Assembly (NCBI GenBank): GCA_017853715.1
Contig: JAFMIZ010000006.1
Location: 1-57,570, forward strand
Origin: Pedosphaera sp.
Lineage (GTDB): Bacteria > Verrucomicrobiota > Verrucomicrobiia > Limisphaerales > DSYF01
Direction: 5' to 3'
DNA length: 57,570 nt
In this document: one piece after another, positions 10,886 to 21,057 of the stretch
Layout: each line of letters starts with the position of its first letter
How positions within the stretch are numbered: position 1 is the first letter of the stretch
Position numbers and translations under genes: made by a program
Notes under the pieces: model-generated
Told to the model about the DNA's origin: nothing
The model's input: only the letters and a program-made list of their open reading frames with translations
The model's database searches: none

Positions 10886-11638
10886 TTATTTCCAGCGGCG
10901 GCTCTCCACGACCCGCAACGTGAGGACGAGGAAGAACACGGTGAAACTCACAAAGAATATCGCCGGCCGGGTGTCGATGACCCCCCGTGCGAAGTCGTGC
11001 ATGTGATCGAACAAGGCCACCCAAGCCAGCAGCTTGGCTGCCCGCGTCGCCGTGTCGGGCAACAGACTGGGCAGAAAGCCCAGCAGGAACAAACTCGTGC
11101 AAAGCGCCAGGCTCACCATCGCCGCCACCGTCTGCGACTTGGTCAACGCCGAGGCAAAGATGCCGAACGACAAAAACAAAGCGCCCACCAGCAGGATCCC
11201 CAGATAGGTGCTGCCGATGATCGACGGGTCAAGGGACTGCCGTTCGTTGCTGAAGTGTTGAATCACGGTCACCACGGCAATCATCGGCAGCCACATGACG
11301 AGGTAGAAAAACAACGCGGAGAAAAACTTGGCCAGCACCACGGTGCCCTCGCGCACGGGCGAGGTCATCAATGTCTCATACGTTCCGGTGGCCCGCTCCA
11401 ACGCGAAACTGCGCATGGTGATCACCGGCACCGCCAGCAACAGCACGATCCAGAAAATCGGCGTCACATAATACATCTCCGTGACGGGCATCGGCGAAGC
11501 GGACTGGCGCAATTGCATGAGCAACAGGACGAATCCAAAGCTGTTCAGGAACGTCGCAGCGGCGATGATGACATAGCCGGAGAGCGAGAGAAAATACGAC
11601 GCCATTTCGCGCCGCATGAGGGTGAGCAACACGCGCAT
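10886..11638 (-). CDS. ABC-2 type permease (GldF-like)
   Basis: Start MRVLLTLMRREMASYF; ITMRSFALERATGTYETLMTSPV; ATGA overlap with the upstream ATPase stop supports a start at 11638. Confidence 0.9.
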   Translation of the reverse strand: MRVLLTLMRREMASYFLSLSGYVIIAAATFLNSFGFVLLLMQLRQSASPMPVTEMYYVTPIFWIVLLLAVPVITMRSFALERATGTYETLMTSPVREGTVVLAKFFSALFFYLVMWLPMIAVVTVIQHFSNERQSLDPSIIGSTYLGILLVGALFLSFGIFASALTKSQTVAAMVSLALCTSLFLLGFLPSLLPDTATRAAKLLAWVALFDHMHDFARGVIDTRPAIFFVSFTVFFLVLTLRVVESRRWK

Positions 11639-12600
11639 CAGACCTCGTCCTCCTCGCCGGGTTGCGTGACCTGAATGTAGATGTCCTCCAACGAATGACG
11701 GCTGCGGGTCAACTCGCGCAGCGTCCAGCTGTTCAGCCGCGCCAATTCGTAAACCATAAGCCGCAGGTCCAGCCCATCCTTCGCCGTCAGCGCACAACGC
11801 TGGAACGAACCGTCGAGCGCCGAGATGTTGAAGCTTTCCAACTCGGGAATCTGGGAGAAACATTCGTGCAACTGCTGCGCGGGCGCGTCCACTTCCGCCA
11901 CGATCTGGCCGTTGACGTTCATGCGCCGCTGCAAATTGTCCGTGGAGTCCGCCGCGAGGATGCGCCCCTCATACATGATCAAGACGCGGCTGCAGGTCAT
12001 CTCCACCTCGGGCAAAATGTGCGTGGAAATGAGCACGGTGTGCTTCTCCGCCAGCCCCTTGATCAAGGCCCGGACGGCGCGAATCTGGTGCGGGTCCAGA
12101 CCGATGGTCGGCTCATCGAGGATGATCAGTTCGGGATCATGCAACAGCGCGTCCGCCAAGCCGACACGTTGCTTGTAACCCTTGGAAAGCTGGCCGATGA
12201 GCCGCTTGGAGACGTCGGTGATACCGCACTGATCCATCACCGTGTCGACGCGCTCGCGCGAGCGGCGAACGCCGAGGCCCTTCACCCGCGCCCGGAACTT
12301 GAGGTATTCGCGCACGCGCATGTCCATGTGCAACGGATTATTCTCGGGCATGAACCCAATGCGCCGCCGCACCTCCAACGAATCATGGAAGACATCCCAC
12401 CCCGCCACCTTCGCCGTGCCTGAGGTGGCGGGGAGGAAGCTGGAAAGAATGCGCATGGTCGTGCTTTTGCCGGCACCATTGGGCCCAAGCAGGCCGACGA
12501 TCTCACCGCGCTCGACCGTGAAGGAAATATTGTCCACGGCGGTATGCCCGGCATACCGCTTGGTCAAATCACTGACTTCAATCATCGGTTCTCGACTCAT
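11638..12600 (-). CDS. ABC transporter ATP-binding protein (GldA-like)
   Basis: Walker A GPNGAGKST, signature LSKGYKQR, Walker B IILDEP; start could be 12600 or 12585. Confidence 0.93.
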   Translation of the reverse strand: MSREPMIEVSDLTKRYAGHTAVDNISFTVERGEIVGLLGPNGAGKSTTMRILSSFLPATSGTAKVAGWDVFHDSLEVRRRIGFMPENNPLHMDMRVREYLKFRARVKGLGVRRSRERVDTVMDQCGITDVSKRLIGQLSKGYKQRVGLADALLHDPELIILDEPTIGLDPHQIRAVRALIKGLAEKHTVLISTHILPEVEMTCSRVLIMYEGRILAADSTDNLQRRMNVNGQIVAEVDAPAQQLHECFSQIPELESFNISALDGSFQRCALTAKDGLDLRLMVYELARLNSWTLRELTRSRHSLEDIYIQVTQPGEEDEV

Positions 12601-12670
12601 GCAAGCGGTGCGGAGAGTAGTCAATCCGTGGTGTTACGGGCGATGAAAAACTTTGCCGTGGGGTAGCCGC

Positions 12671-14113
12671 TCAAGGCTTGAGCAGGTTGACATCCACCTT
12701 GGCCTGTACTTGTTGCACGTAGGGCCCACCCAGCGACTTCAACGCGATGATGGTCAGCTTGGCAGTGAGGTCATGCGGGGCCTTGTTGACGAGAGCAAAA
12801 CCAAAATCGCGCAAGTCGTTGACGGCGGTGACATCGAATCCCGTGACCACCATACCGGCTTTCAACTCAGCTTGCGCCGCCGGGCTGCCGCGCTCTATGG
12901 ACCGGATGAGCAACCCCTGCCCGTCACGAAGACCGATGCGCAGGGCATCCGTAGAGGTCAGTTCCTGAAGCACCAACCCGGTGCGCTGTTTGATCATATC
13001 ATCAAAGGACTCAAGCTTCACCGTCACCGTCCGTGGCGCGGGACCGGCGATCACGAGCTGCAACTCGTCCAGGTCCGGACGATTCACCATTTCGAGAAAG
13101 CTGAACACACTACGCGTCGGCTGACCGTTGACCTGAGCGATCTCCATGCCGACCTTGAGCCCGGCTTTCTCCGCCGGACTTCCCGGCTGCACGGCGCGAA
13201 GCACCAACCCGGGCGCCCCCCCACGAAACCAAGCCCCGAACCACTTGTTCGCGGCGACTTCCGGCGAAACAAACTGTGACAGCGCCGTCGCCACCTCACG
13301 AACAGGGATGGCAAACCCAATCCCCTGCCCTTCCTTGTAAACAGCCACGTTGATCCCGATGAGTTCGCCGCGCAGGTTGACCAAAGGCCCACCACTGTTG
13401 CCCGGGTTGATCGCGGCGTCGGTTTGCAACCAGTCCGCGATGTTCAATGGCTCGTTGCCAGTCGGGGGACGGCGGTTCTTGGAACTCAGGATGCCGCGCG
13501 CCACTGAACCGCCCAAGCCGAAGGGGTTGCCCAGCGCCAAAACGGTTTCACCCAAGAGCAAATCATTGTCCGCCGCGAACCGGACGACCTTGAACTTCTC
13601 ACCGGGCTTCGCCTTGATCTTGAGCAACGCCACGTCGCTCTTTGAAGTGGCGACAATTTTTTCGGCGTCATATACCCGCCCATCGGCGAGCTTGATTTGA
13701 ACGCGACTGCCGCTGCGAACAACATGCCAGTTGGTAAGGATGTAGCCGTCCTCATCGATGATGACCCCCGAACCCAAATTGTCCAACTGCTCCTCCGTGC
13801 GCGGCTTGCTGATGGGCGGCAACCCGAAATACTGGCGCCGCAGTTCGTCATAGAAATCGTGATACTCCAGGATGCGGGAGGTGGCGATATTCACCACGCC
13901 GGGCATGACTTCCTCCACCGCCGCCACCGTGGCGTCCCGCCGGATATCGTTTGGCGGCACCGTCGGTGCCAGTTCCTGCGTGCCCGGCTGGTCAGCTGAA
14001 GCGGGCTTGGACGTATTCACGGGCAATTCCGCCTGGGTAAATCCCAGCCAGCCGGCCAAGCCGCCGCCGGCCAACAGGGCCGCCCAAAAACGACGATGTC
14101 CGATTTGTTTCAT
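12671..14113 (-). CDS. HtrA/DegP-family serine protease with two PDZ domains
   Basis: GSGVII, LTNWHVV, QTDAAINPGNSGGPL, two PDZ-like GSPA repeats, signal peptide. Confidence 0.93.
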   Translation of the reverse strand: MKQIGHRRFWAALLAGGGLAGWLGFTQAELPVNTSKPASADQPGTQELAPTVPPNDIRRDATVAAVEEVMPGVVNIATSRILEYHDFYDELRRQYFGLPPISKPRTEEQLDNLGSGVIIDEDGYILTNWHVVRSGSRVQIKLADGRVYDAEKIVATSKSDVALLKIKAKPGEKFKVVRFAADNDLLLGETVLALGNPFGLGGSVARGILSSKNRRPPTGNEPLNIADWLQTDAAINPGNSGGPLVNLRGELIGINVAVYKEGQGIGFAIPVREVATALSQFVSPEVAANKWFGAWFRGGAPGLVLRAVQPGSPAEKAGLKVGMEIAQVNGQPTRSVFSFLEMVNRPDLDELQLVIAGPAPRTVTVKLESFDDMIKQRTGLVLQELTSTDALRIGLRDGQGLLIRSIERGSPAAQAELKAGMVVTGFDVTAVNDLRDFGFALVNKAPHDLTAKLTIIALKSLGGPYVQQVQAKVDVNLLKP

Positions 14114-14215
14114 AGCTATAACAACAGTCAAAGCGCCGGGTGGTTGCGTTCAATCTTTCACCCAGGTCTCTCGCTGGCTTGACTTTGCGGGGACGCCATC
14201 GCAAAAGCAATTCGA

Positions 14216-15691
14216 GTGTCTTTCTCCCTCAACAACTTCTACGCCCGTTGGCGGCGACACAGCGGGGCCGTACCCACCTTGCGCGAAGGCGCGGACCCAC
14301 CGCCCGAGCAACTGCTGCAATCCATCTGGCAGCAACAACGCCTGCGCCGCGACCAGCTCACCACGTTCGACGGACAACCGGTACGAATCCTTCACCCCGG
14401 GTTCCTCAGCCGCGAGGGCGGACCGGACTTTCGGGCGGCGGTCATCCAGTTCGGCAACCATCCGCCCGTCAGCGGCGACGTGGAATTGGACATCGTCGCG
14501 GGCGGCTGGAAGGCGCACGGTCACGACCGCAATCCCAAGTTCAAGTCCGTGGTCCTCCACGCCGTCTGGCAGGCACCCACGCGACCCGCGGCGGGACCGC
14601 CCCTGGTGGCACTACACGGCAAACTCGATGCGCCGCTCGCTGAACTCGCTGAATGGCTCGGCGGCGAAGGGGTGCCCGGCCTGCCCGAAGAATTTCGTGG
14701 CCGCTGCGCCGCGCCATTATGCGAACTGGGTGACGACGCGTTGCAACAGTTGTTACAACAAGCTGCGCTCGTGCGTTTGCGTGGCAAGGCAAGCCAGTTC
14801 GCCGCCCGCGCACGCGAAGCGGGTTGGGAACAATCGCTCTGGGAAGGTTTGTTCCGGGCGCTCGGCTACAAACACAACCCCTGGCCCATGCAACGACTCG
14901 CGGAATTGCGTCCGCGCTGGCAGAGCAAATCCGCCGATGCCGTCAGCCTGCAATCGCGTTTGCTGGGCATCGCCAATTTGTTGCCGACGGAACTCACGCG
15001 CGCCCGGATCGAGGCCGATGCCCACCTGCGCCAACTTTGGGACGGCTGGTGGCGTGAGCGCGACGCCTACGAGGACTGCGTTCTGCCACGCTCACTTTGG
15101 CGACTGCATGGAATCCGCCCGGTCAACCATCCTCAACGCCGTCTTGCGCTTGCCGCACATTGGCTGGCGGATGGCAAACTCGTGACGAGCCTTGAACGCT
15201 GGGCGACCGCCCCCTGCGACGACCGGCGCAAGAGAACATCGCGGCGCCAAGTCAGCGAACTCGCCGCCGTGCTGCAACCCGCACCAGATGAATTCTGGTC
15301 GCGCCACCTGACGTTGCGCTCCCGGCGCTCGGCCAAACCGCAGTTGCTGCTCGGAGACGCCCGCGTCACCGATCTGGCGATGAACGCCGTTCTGCCCTGG
15401 CTATGGGCCCGGGCCGCTGAAGGCAACGAAGCCTCACTGACCGACAACCTGCAAACGGCTTATCTGATGTGGCCCGCAGGCGAGGACAACTCCGTGCTCA
15501 AACTGGCACGGCAACGTTTGCTGGGCGCAGCGAGCGAGAAAGACTTCAACACTGCATCCGCCCAGCAGGGGCTTCTTCAGATCGTCCGCGACTTCTGTGA
15601 TCGCTCAAACGCCATCTGCGATCACTGTCGCTTTCCGGAATTGGTGAAGGCGTGGGGCATGGAGCCGCATTCGGCTTCGCCCCAGCGATAG
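14216..15691 (+). CDS. DUF2851 family protein
   Basis: EQLLQSIW, HPG...GPDF, GDVE, W..HGH..NP.F..VVLH pattern; C-terminal C...C..C. Confidence 0.8.
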   Translation: MSFSLNNFYARWRRHSGAVPTLREGADPPPEQLLQSIWQQQRLRRDQLTTFDGQPVRILHPGFLSREGGPDFRAAVIQFGNHPPVSGDVELDIVAGGWKAHGHDRNPKFKSVVLHAVWQAPTRPAAGPPLVALHGKLDAPLAELAEWLGGEGVPGLPEEFRGRCAAPLCELGDDALQQLLQQAALVRLRGKASQFAARAREAGWEQSLWEGLFRALGYKHNPWPMQRLAELRPRWQSKSADAVSLQSRLLGIANLLPTELTRARIEADAHLRQLWDGWWRERDAYEDCVLPRSLWRLHGIRPVNHPQRRLALAAHWLADGKLVTSLERWATAPCDDRRKRTSRRQVSELAAVLQPAPDEFWSRHLTLRSRRSAKPQLLLGDARVTDLAMNAVLPWLWARAAEGNEASLTDNLQTAYLMWPAGEDNSVLKLARQRLLGAASEKDFNTASAQQGLLQIVRDFCDRSNAICDHCRFPELVKAWGMEPHSASPQR

Positions 15692-15777
15692 AAGCATGGG
15701 AGCGCGGACAGCTACAGGCTTCAATGGGTTGGACACCTCCCCTTCATAAGTTTATTGTAGCCAACAAATTCGTTGCC

Positions 15778-16143
15778 ATGAACGCCTTTCAAATCATCTT
15801 CACCCCAGCCAGCGCGGCTGAACTCGCGCGAATGCCCAAGGACCTGCAACTGGAGATTCTCGGCGATTTCCGCGGCGTGCCGCATCAGGTGCTGTCCACC
15901 GAACTGGAAGACTTCGGCAAGCTGGAGCGCGAGGGACGCGTCCTGCACCGGCTGCGCATTGGGGACTACCGAATTTACTTCGAGAAGCACGATCTGGGCG
16001 TGCTGGTGCATCGCATATTGAGCAAAAACACGCTCAAGGATTTCTACTACCGCCACGGCCTGAAAGTGCCGGAGGATGAAGCGCTGCAAAGCAGTCCCCG
16101 CTTCTGGGAACTCATCGAAAGCGCACGCACGCAAAAGGCGTAG
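15778..16143 (+). CDS. RelE/ParE-fold protein, no adjacent antitoxin
   Basis: FQIIFTPAS..EL and LHRLRIGDYRIYF match the RelE-superfamily pattern; start at ATG 15778. Confidence 0.7.
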   Translation: MNAFQIIFTPASAAELARMPKDLQLEILGDFRGVPHQVLSTELEDFGKLEREGRVLHRLRIGDYRIYFEKHDLGVLVHRILSKNTLKDFYYRHGLKVPEDEALQSSPRFWELIESARTQKA

Positions 16144-16239
16144 CCCCTGGTCCGTAAGAACCGACGTGAGTGACGCAAGCGCCTCTGGAAGTAGAGGCTG
16201 CGGTGACGGTGAGGAAGAATACCAAGCAAATATACCAAG

Positions 16240-16863
16240 CTAATCCGCACTCTCGCCGAGCTCCACGTTCCAGTAGGCAATATCCACGAAGTGTTTCCAA
16301 CTTTCATGCTGCTGGAAATGCAGGTTGACCTGCACGAACGGCCGCCACTTCGGCTTCTTCGGCTTGCGGATGAGATGCATGCCCGCCTCGTTGGGGGTGT
16401 GGTTGCTCTTGCGAGTATTGCAGCGGATGCAGGAGCACACGATGTTTTCCCACGTCGTCGGGCCGCCGCGATCACGCGGGATGACATGGTCCAGATTAAG
16501 GTCCTTACGGTCGAAAATTTTCCCGCAGTATTGGCAGGTGTTCTTGTCGCGCTCGAAGATGTTATGGCGGGTGAACTTCACCTCCTTCTTCGGCATGTGA
16601 TCGAACACCGCGAGCAAAATGACGCGTGGCACACGAATGCGAAATGAAATGGTGTGGATGCTTTCCGGGTGCGGTTCGGCCTGGGAGAAATCATGCCACT
16701 CGCCGAAGTCGAACGTCTGGAAGCTGCCATCGGGCCGGTTGAACACCACTTCCGCGTGGCCTTGAAAGAGAAGGGTAAGCGCGCGGCGGACGGAGCAGAC
16801 ATTGACTGCCTGCCAGAGCCGGTTCAGCACCAGCACCTGCGAGTTGAGAAACGCAGCGCTCAT
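16240..16863 (-). CDS. HNH endonuclease (McrA-like)
   Basis: VLVLN, RHNIFERDKNTCQYCG, LDHVIPRDRGG...WENIVCSCIRCNTRK. Confidence 0.92.
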   Translation of the reverse strand: MSAAFLNSQVLVLNRLWQAVNVCSVRRALTLLFQGHAEVVFNRPDGSFQTFDFGEWHDFSQAEPHPESIHTISFRIRVPRVILLAVFDHMPKKEVKFTRHNIFERDKNTCQYCGKIFDRKDLNLDHVIPRDRGGPTTWENIVCSCIRCNTRKSNHTPNEAGMHLIRKPKKPKWRPFVQVNLHFQQHESWKHFVDIAYWNVELGESAD

Positions 16864-16881
16864 AGCGTTAAAGGTGCGCGG

Positions 16882-16910
16882 ACGCTAGCAAGGGCGCAAC
16901 CTGCTGTCAA
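16882..16910 (-). promoter_or_regulatory. Sigma70-like promoter of the HNH gene
   Basis: TTGACA-17 nt-TAGCGT upstream of ATG 16863. Confidence 0.6.
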
Positions 16911-16948
16911 CGGGGCCAGCAGGTCGTTACTTGTTCGTCACGCCACCC

Positions 16949-17021
16949 ATCGTCCCCGTTCTCCTCCTCGTCCTCCAAATCGAGTCTGTAATTCGGGAAC
17001 GAGGGCGACGACGAGGATGAT
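16949..17021. repeat. REP-like imperfect inverted repeat built of (TCGTCC)n / (GGACGA)n-like units (family B)
   Basis: Left arm ATCGTCCCCGTTCTCCTCCTCGTCCTC, right arm GGGAACGAGGGCGACGACGAGGATGAT; a similar half copy lies at about 32575-32603. Confidence 0.55.
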
Positions 17022-17102
17022 TCCCAGCGCCAAATCCACCGCATCATCATGTGAGTTCATTCGGGTGGCATCGCGCGGCAATTCCATGCTAAAAAGTCTC
17101 TT

Positions 17103-19811
17103 GTGCAACTGACGCTGAAGCTCCGGTTCAAAACGAACTACGGCCAAAACCTTCTGGTCACCGGCAATCATCCCTTGCTCGGCAACGGCAACATCGAGCG
17201 CGCCGTGCCGTTGCAATATTTGAACGGGGAGTTCTGGCAGGTCACGCTGGCCGTGCCGCACGGAACGGCGTTCCCCAAGGACGGCGTGACTTACAACTAT
17301 CTGCTGCGCGAGGCTGACGGCACGGTGACGATGGATGGGGGCAGCGACCGAATCCTGTCAGCCGACCTGCTGAGCGCAAGCGACATGGTGATTGTAGATA
17401 CCTGGAATCCGCCCGGTGCCCCGGAGAATGCCTTTTACACCGAGCCATTTCAGAAGGTTCTGTTGCGGGCACATCAATCCACGTTCCGCGCCGCAACGCC
17501 CAGGCACCCGACGCATGTGTTTCGCGTCAAAGCGCCCCTGCTCGCCAAAGGCCAGACACTGTGCCTGCTGGGCAGCAGCACGGCGCTGGGCAACTGGGAC
17601 ACGCACAATCCCATCCTGCTCAACCGCTCGGCCGAAGATGTTTGCCTGTGGAATGCGGTGAATCTCAGCAACCAACCATTTCCACTCGAATACAAATACG
17701 GCGTTTATGACGTGGAACGGCGCTTCCTCGTGGCGTATGAGGAGGGGGAGAATCGTCGCTTGAATGAAGGCGTCCACACTGGTCGGCAAGTCATCCTCAA
17801 CGACGGCTTTGCGCGGCTGCCCGCCAAGGGCTGGCGTGGCGCGGGCGTGGCCATCCCCGTCTTCAGCTTGCGCAGCGAGAAAAGCTTCGGCGTGGGCGAG
17901 TTTTCGGATCTGAAACCACTGGCGGATTGGTGCCAGAAGGTTGGACTGAAGGTGATTCAGATCCTGCCGGTAAACGACACCACCTCCACCCACACCTGGA
18001 TGGATTCGTATCCGTATTCCGCCATCTCCGCGTTCGCGTTGAATCCGATCTATCTCAACCTGGCCGCTGTGGCTGCAGGCGCAACCAAAACGAAACTCAA
18101 AAAACTTGAGCCGGAGCGGAAGCGATTGAACGCATTGCCCGCACTGGACTACGCCGCGGTGATGAAAGCCAAGCTGGCGTTCTTGAAGGAAGCTTACGCC
18201 AGCCAAGGAAAGAAGACATTGCAGAGCAAGGCGTATGCAGAGTTCTACGCAGACAACCAGCACTGGCTCACCCCGTTCGCCGTGTTCAGCTTCCTGCGGG
18301 ATAAATTTGGCTCGGCCAATTCACGCGAATGGCCCGCAGGATATGAGTGCAACCCGGAGCTGATTGGGAAGCTGACCCGCGAGGATGCGCCCGAGTTCGC
18401 GGAGGTTTCATACCACTGCTTCGTGCAATTCCACCTGCACCAGCAGTTGCAGGACGCTGCTGCCTACGCGCATGAACGCGGCATCATCTTGAAGGGCGAC
18501 ATCGCCATCGGCGTCTCCCGCAACGGCGCGGACACTTGGCAACGACCCGGCCTTTACGACCTGAGCGTGCAAGCGGGCGCTCCGCCCGATCCGTTCTCGG
18601 ATAAAGGCCAGAACTGGGGATTCCCCACCTACAACTGGCCGCGCATGATGGAAGATGGTTTCACGTGGTGGAAACAACGCTTCGGCCAGATGGGTCATTA
18701 CTTCGACGCGTTCCGCGTAGATCATATCCTCGGCTTCTTCCGCATCTGGAGCATCCCCACGCACGCGGTCGAGGGCATTCTCGGCCACTTCGTCCCCGCC
18801 ATTCCCGTGCGGCTGGAGGAATTCGCCGAACGGGGCATCGCATTCGATCGCGCCCGATTACTGGAGCCATTCATCACGGATGCCGTGCTGGCAGAAATCT
18901 TCGGTCATGGCGCGGAGTCGGTGAAGCAAACATACCTGCAACCCACCCCGAGTGGCCACCATGCACTGCGCCCTGAGTTTGCCACACAGAGAAAAGTGGA
19001 AGCTCACTTCGCCATACTCGACGAGTCCGAAGCCAACCGGAAGTTGAAACAAGGGTTGTTCGATCTCATCAGCAACGTGCTTTTTGTCAAAGCCGAAGAC
19101 ACCAACGGAACCCATCTGCACTGCCGGTTCTTCATGGAAAAGACGGCTTCGTTCCGCGCGCTGGATTCCCAGACGCAAGGCAAGCTGCGTGAACTCTACG
19201 TGGATTATTTCTTCCGCCGCCAAGATGGATTCTGGATGAAGCAAGCGATGCAAAAACTCCCGGCGATGAAACGGGTGACCAACATGCTCATCTGCGGCGA
19301 GGACTTGGGTTTGGTCCCCGCCTGCGTGCCGGATGTGATGAAGGGATTGGGACTCCTCAGCCTTGAAATCCAACGCATGCCCAAGGGCCCCGGCCAGTCC
19401 TTCGCTCGACCGTCAGACGCGCCTTACCTCAGTGTGGTCACGCCCTCGACCCACGACATGAGCACGATTCGTGGCTGGTGGACCGAGGACGCGGCGCTGA
19501 CGCAGCGCTTCTACAACGAGGAACTCGGCCTGACTGGCCCCGCTCCATCGGATTGCTCCGGCGCGCTGAACGAAGCCGTGGTGCGACAGCATCTCGCATC
19601 GCCCGCGATGTGGAGCATCTTCCAGCTGCAGGATCTGCTCGGCTTGGACGAGTCATTGCGGAGCCCCGATCCGCACCGTGAACGCATCAACGTGCCGGCG
19701 AATCCGAAACACTATTGGCGCTACCGGATGCACTTGACGATGGAATCCCTCCAATCTTCAAATGTCTTCAACGACAAGCTGCTGACGCTGATCCGTCAAC
19801 ACGGCAGATAG
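17103..19811 (+). CDS. malQ: 4-alpha-glucanotransferase (GH77, DPE2-type with two CBM20 domains)
   Basis: Two CBM20-like N-terminal domains, QILPVNDT, SYPY, GAPPD.F...GQNWGFP, FRVDHILGFFR, CGEDLG, STHD. Confidence 0.93.
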   Translation: MQLTLKLRFKTNYGQNLLVTGNHPLLGNGNIERAVPLQYLNGEFWQVTLAVPHGTAFPKDGVTYNYLLREADGTVTMDGGSDRILSADLLSASDMVIVDTWNPPGAPENAFYTEPFQKVLLRAHQSTFRAATPRHPTHVFRVKAPLLAKGQTLCLLGSSTALGNWDTHNPILLNRSAEDVCLWNAVNLSNQPFPLEYKYGVYDVERRFLVAYEEGENRRLNEGVHTGRQVILNDGFARLPAKGWRGAGVAIPVFSLRSEKSFGVGEFSDLKPLADWCQKVGLKVIQILPVNDTTSTHTWMDSYPYSAISAFALNPIYLNLAAVAAGATKTKLKKLEPERKRLNALPALDYAAVMKAKLAFLKEAYASQGKKTLQSKAYAEFYADNQHWLTPFAVFSFLRDKFGSANSREWPAGYECNPELIGKLTREDAPEFAEVSYHCFVQFHLHQQLQDAAAYAHERGIILKGDIAIGVSRNGADTWQRPGLYDLSVQAGAPPDPFSDKGQNWGFPTYNWPRMMEDGFTWWKQRFGQMGHYFDAFRVDHILGFFRIWSIPTHAVEGILGHFVPAIPVRLEEFAERGIAFDRARLLEPFITDAVLAEIFGHGAESVKQTYLQPTPSGHHALRPEFATQRKVEAHFAILDESEANRKLKQGLFDLISNVLFVKAEDTNGTHLHCRFFMEKTASFRALDSQTQGKLRELYVDYFFRRQDGFWMKQAMQKLPAMKRVTNMLICGEDLGLVPACVPDVMKGLGLLSLEIQRMPKGPGQSFARPSDAPYLSVVTPSTHDMSTIRGWWTEDAALTQRFYNEELGLTGPAPSDCSGALNEAVVRQHLASPAMWSIFQLQDLLGLDESLRSPDPHRERINVPANPKHYWRYRMHLTMESLQSSNVFNDKLLTLIRQHGR

Positions 19812-19854
19812 GCGCCCAAAACGAATCCCTTTTGCTTTCAAGAGACACTCGTCC

Positions 19855-20910
19855 ATGAACCCCACTTCCATGAATGCCGACCCCAAGATTCACGCCCCGG
19901 TTGCCCTGCTCGCATTGACGTACATTTGCCAACTGCACGCCGCGCCGCCCAGTCCCACCAGCCATGATCGCAATACACCGCCGCCCCCGTTCGTCGATCC
20001 TGGATATCCGGGCACGCAAGAGAAAGCGGGTAAAGCGCCGTCTGATGCCGTCGTGCTGTTTGATGGCACCGGCCTCGCCCAGTGGGGTGACATGGATGGA
20101 AAACCCACCAAGTGGATTGTTCGCGATGGTGTGATGGAATGCGCCAAGGGCAGCGGTTACATCCGCACACTGCAGAACTTTGGCGACTGCCAGTTGCACG
20201 TGGAATGGGCGGCGCCCACGCCAGCAGAAGGCAAAGGACAAGGTCGCGGCAACAGTGGTGTGTTCCTCGGCGGCACGCGCTACGAAGTGCAGGTGCTCGA
20301 TTCCTACAACAACAAGACTTACGCCGACGGCTCGGCGGCATCCATCTACGGACAATACGCCCCGTTGGTAAATGCCACGCGCCCGCCCGGCCAATGGCAG
20401 ACCTATGACATTCTCTACACTGCCCCGCGTTTCGAGTTGGATGGCCAGTTACAGTCCCCCGCGCGCATGACCGTGTTTCACAACGGTGTGGTCGTGCAAA
20501 ACAATGTCGAACTCACCGGGCCAAGCGGCTGGATTGACCGGGCCCCTTACTTGCCGCATCCCGTGAAGCAACCCATCGCATTCCAGGACCATGGCAATCC
20601 GGTGCGCTTCCGCAATGTTTGGGTGCGCGAACTCGGCAACCCAGGCCGCAAGGAATATACCCTGGCCAAGGACTTGCTCGACAGTTACTGCGGCAAATAC
20701 GAAGGCGGCCCCGAAATCCGCCGCGATGGCAACAACCTCACCGCCGAGGTTGCCGGCGCAAAACTGACCTTCTTCGCCGAATCGCCGACCACGTTCTTTG
20801 CCAAGACCACGGACGTGCAGTTGGAATTCAAGACAGGTGCCGACGGCCAAGCTGCTGAAATGGTTTGGACTGTGGGCAATGAGGGCGAAAAGCGCGCGAG
20901 GCGGAAATAA
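19855..20910 (+). CDS. DUF1080 (3-keto-disaccharide hydrolase-like) exported protein with extra C-terminal domain
   Basis: PSDAVVLFDG, FGDCQLHVEW, GNSGVF, YEVQVLDS, QDHGNPVRFRNVW. Confidence 0.88.
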   Translation: MNPTSMNADPKIHAPVALLALTYICQLHAAPPSPTSHDRNTPPPPFVDPGYPGTQEKAGKAPSDAVVLFDGTGLAQWGDMDGKPTKWIVRDGVMECAKGSGYIRTLQNFGDCQLHVEWAAPTPAEGKGQGRGNSGVFLGGTRYEVQVLDSYNNKTYADGSAASIYGQYAPLVNATRPPGQWQTYDILYTAPRFELDGQLQSPARMTVFHNGVVVQNNVELTGPSGWIDRAPYLPHPVKQPIAFQDHGNPVRFRNVWVRELGNPGRKEYTLAKDLLDSYCGKYEGGPEIRRDGNNLTAEVAGAKLTFFAESPTTFFAKTTDVQLEFKTGADGQAAEMVWTVGNEGEKRARRK

Positions 20911-20956
20911 CCACCCCAGCATCCACGCAAGCTGCAGAGCACCGATTAGTCCCCGG

Positions 20957-20976
20957 CCCACGGCGTGAGCCGTGGG
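20957..20976. repeat. REP-like GC hairpin with GNRA-type loop
   Basis: CCCACGGC-GTGA-GCCGTGGG perfect 8-bp stem, no U tract. Confidence 0.5.
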
Positions 20977-21057
20977 GTGCTTTCCTCGGACCTGCGGTGT
21001 CAAAGCCCGTCAAAAATGGTTCGCCTGCCCGCGCGCGTTTAGCCACCTTATCACGGC

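Noticed and set aside
16219-16240. Direct repeat ATACCAAGC x2 after the HNH stop
   Set aside because: Two 9-nt copies a few bases apart with nothing inserted; insufficient for a target-site duplication.
16240-16863. HNH gene as a mobile element or Cas9/IscB-like effector
   Set aside because: Short stand-alone McrA-like protein with no RuvC split motifs, terminal repeats, array or guide RNA.
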